Origin: Blepharisma stoltei ATCC 30299
Lineage: Eukaryota; Protista; Ciliophora
Direction of reading: 5' to 3'
Length of the DNA stretch: 64,000 nt
NCBI GenBank assembly: GCA_965603825.1
Contig: CBFDEM010000040.1
Location: 248,001 to 312,000, forward strand
This document shows positions 63,067 through 64,000 of the stretch, in pieces; the stretch's first letter is position 1; the number at the start of each line of letters is the position of its first letter. A program made the translations under genes and the position numbers. The notes under the pieces are model-generated. The model searched no databases, was not told where the DNA came from, and saw only the letters and a list, made by a program, of their open reading frames with translations.

Positions 63067-64000
63067 ATGAGGCATACTCTTATTTATTTCGCCAAGATTT
63101 TACTTGCATACTCCACCTGTTTCCCGTATAATAGCTTCAACTATAGTGGAGCATGCTGATGCAACAAGGACTTTTATTTGGCTGAATCAAAAGTCTGTGT
63201 GGATGGGTGTCCTTCATTATTTATTGATAACTCTGATGGAGCCACGGGTTTTTACTCATGTAAAGCACCCAGTGGTGATACTGCAATCTTATTCACATTA
63301 GAATTCTCAAAAGTCCAAGACTTATCTGCAACTTACATTTCAAACTCTGTCAATTCAGCTGAGCAGTTTAATAATCTAAATTCATACCCATATAATTCTA
63401 CAGGCCAACTACCTCCGCTTCCAACACTTGATCGTGGCTTTTATTTTGCTAAAACGTCAAGCGCAACTAGTAACCAAAACCACGTCCCTGCTCTCTACTT
63501 TACGATAAACATATGAATTAAACCTAAACCACTTGTTTATGGGGAAATTCTTAATGCTATTAATAGTTCAACTCAATATTTAAGGTTTTATGCAAACAGT
63601 TCTGGTGCCTATATACTTGCCCTTGAAATTTATGATTCAAGTAATAACAGAGTAACAGCCACTTGAACTTATAGTATTAATTATACATCATATTGGCAGC
63701 AGTTATCAGTTGTTTTACAGCAAACTACATGCAGCGATGTAGTTGGGACTTTTTATCTTAACGGAGGAACTGGTTCGAGTGCATCTTTAACAAGCACAGA
63801 AGTAAGGTTTAAATCCGCTCTTTCTTATTCATGAATACTTGGGTCTGCGAATGGATTAGACTCCTTTACAGGATTTATTTATTGGCTCCAAGTTAGATTT
63901 GATACAACCCAATATTCTCCAACGATGTCAATATATATTGAATGCTTGAGTAGTCAATATTGAAATGGATCTTCTTGTCAAAACTGTGGCTCAAGCTGCT
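63067..64000 (+). CDS. Secreted/surface protein with LamG (ConA-like) domain and Cys-rich repeats, 3'-partial
   Basis: ATG 63067 with a signal-like MRHTLIYFAKILLAYS. The frame is open to the window end through 5 TGA. It contains FTINI-W-IKP, WQQLSV, FYLNG, W-ILG and FTGFIY, then QY-W-NGSSCQNCGSSC. Confidence 0.85.

Noticed and set aside
1-64000. Telomeric repeats, rRNA, intact tRNA, intact transposase/RT or IES boundaries
   Set aside because: None was recognised by eye. Short TA-bounded IESs cannot be identified without comparing germline and somatic reads.

Overview
AT-rich, gene-dense eukaryotic DNA. It reads as macronuclear DNA of a heterotrich ciliate, most like Blepharisma (inference). 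Two signatures are directly visible. (1) In-frame TGA is read as Trp, and every true stop is TAA or TAG. (2) Genes contain 15-16-nt GT..AG introns with an A six bases from the 3' end. The supplied ORF track is therefore fragmented, and I re-joined it by hand into about 30 genes. These are TM9SF, three C2H2 zinc-finger genes, a hybrid histidine kinase, NDUFA13-like, START, a FLYWCH/WRKY-like finger, two tandem cyclic-nucleotide-binding K+ channels, F-box/LRR, ankyrin, RER1, CDPK, a degenerate TsaD/Qri7-like protein, PLAC8, a stand-alone PADR1 protein, OSBP, centrin, MOK/LF4 kinase, a RING-less NOT4-like protein, cathepsin L plus a decayed paralog, WD40-like, CFAP57-like and CCDC34-like genes, and a partial LamG/Cys-rich surface protein. 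The most striking gene is a 4342-aa polycystin-1-like receptor (Cys-rich repeats-REJ-GPS-5TM) that contains a single TGA just before its membrane-anchoring part. Family calls come from motif recognition by eye; no database searches were run.
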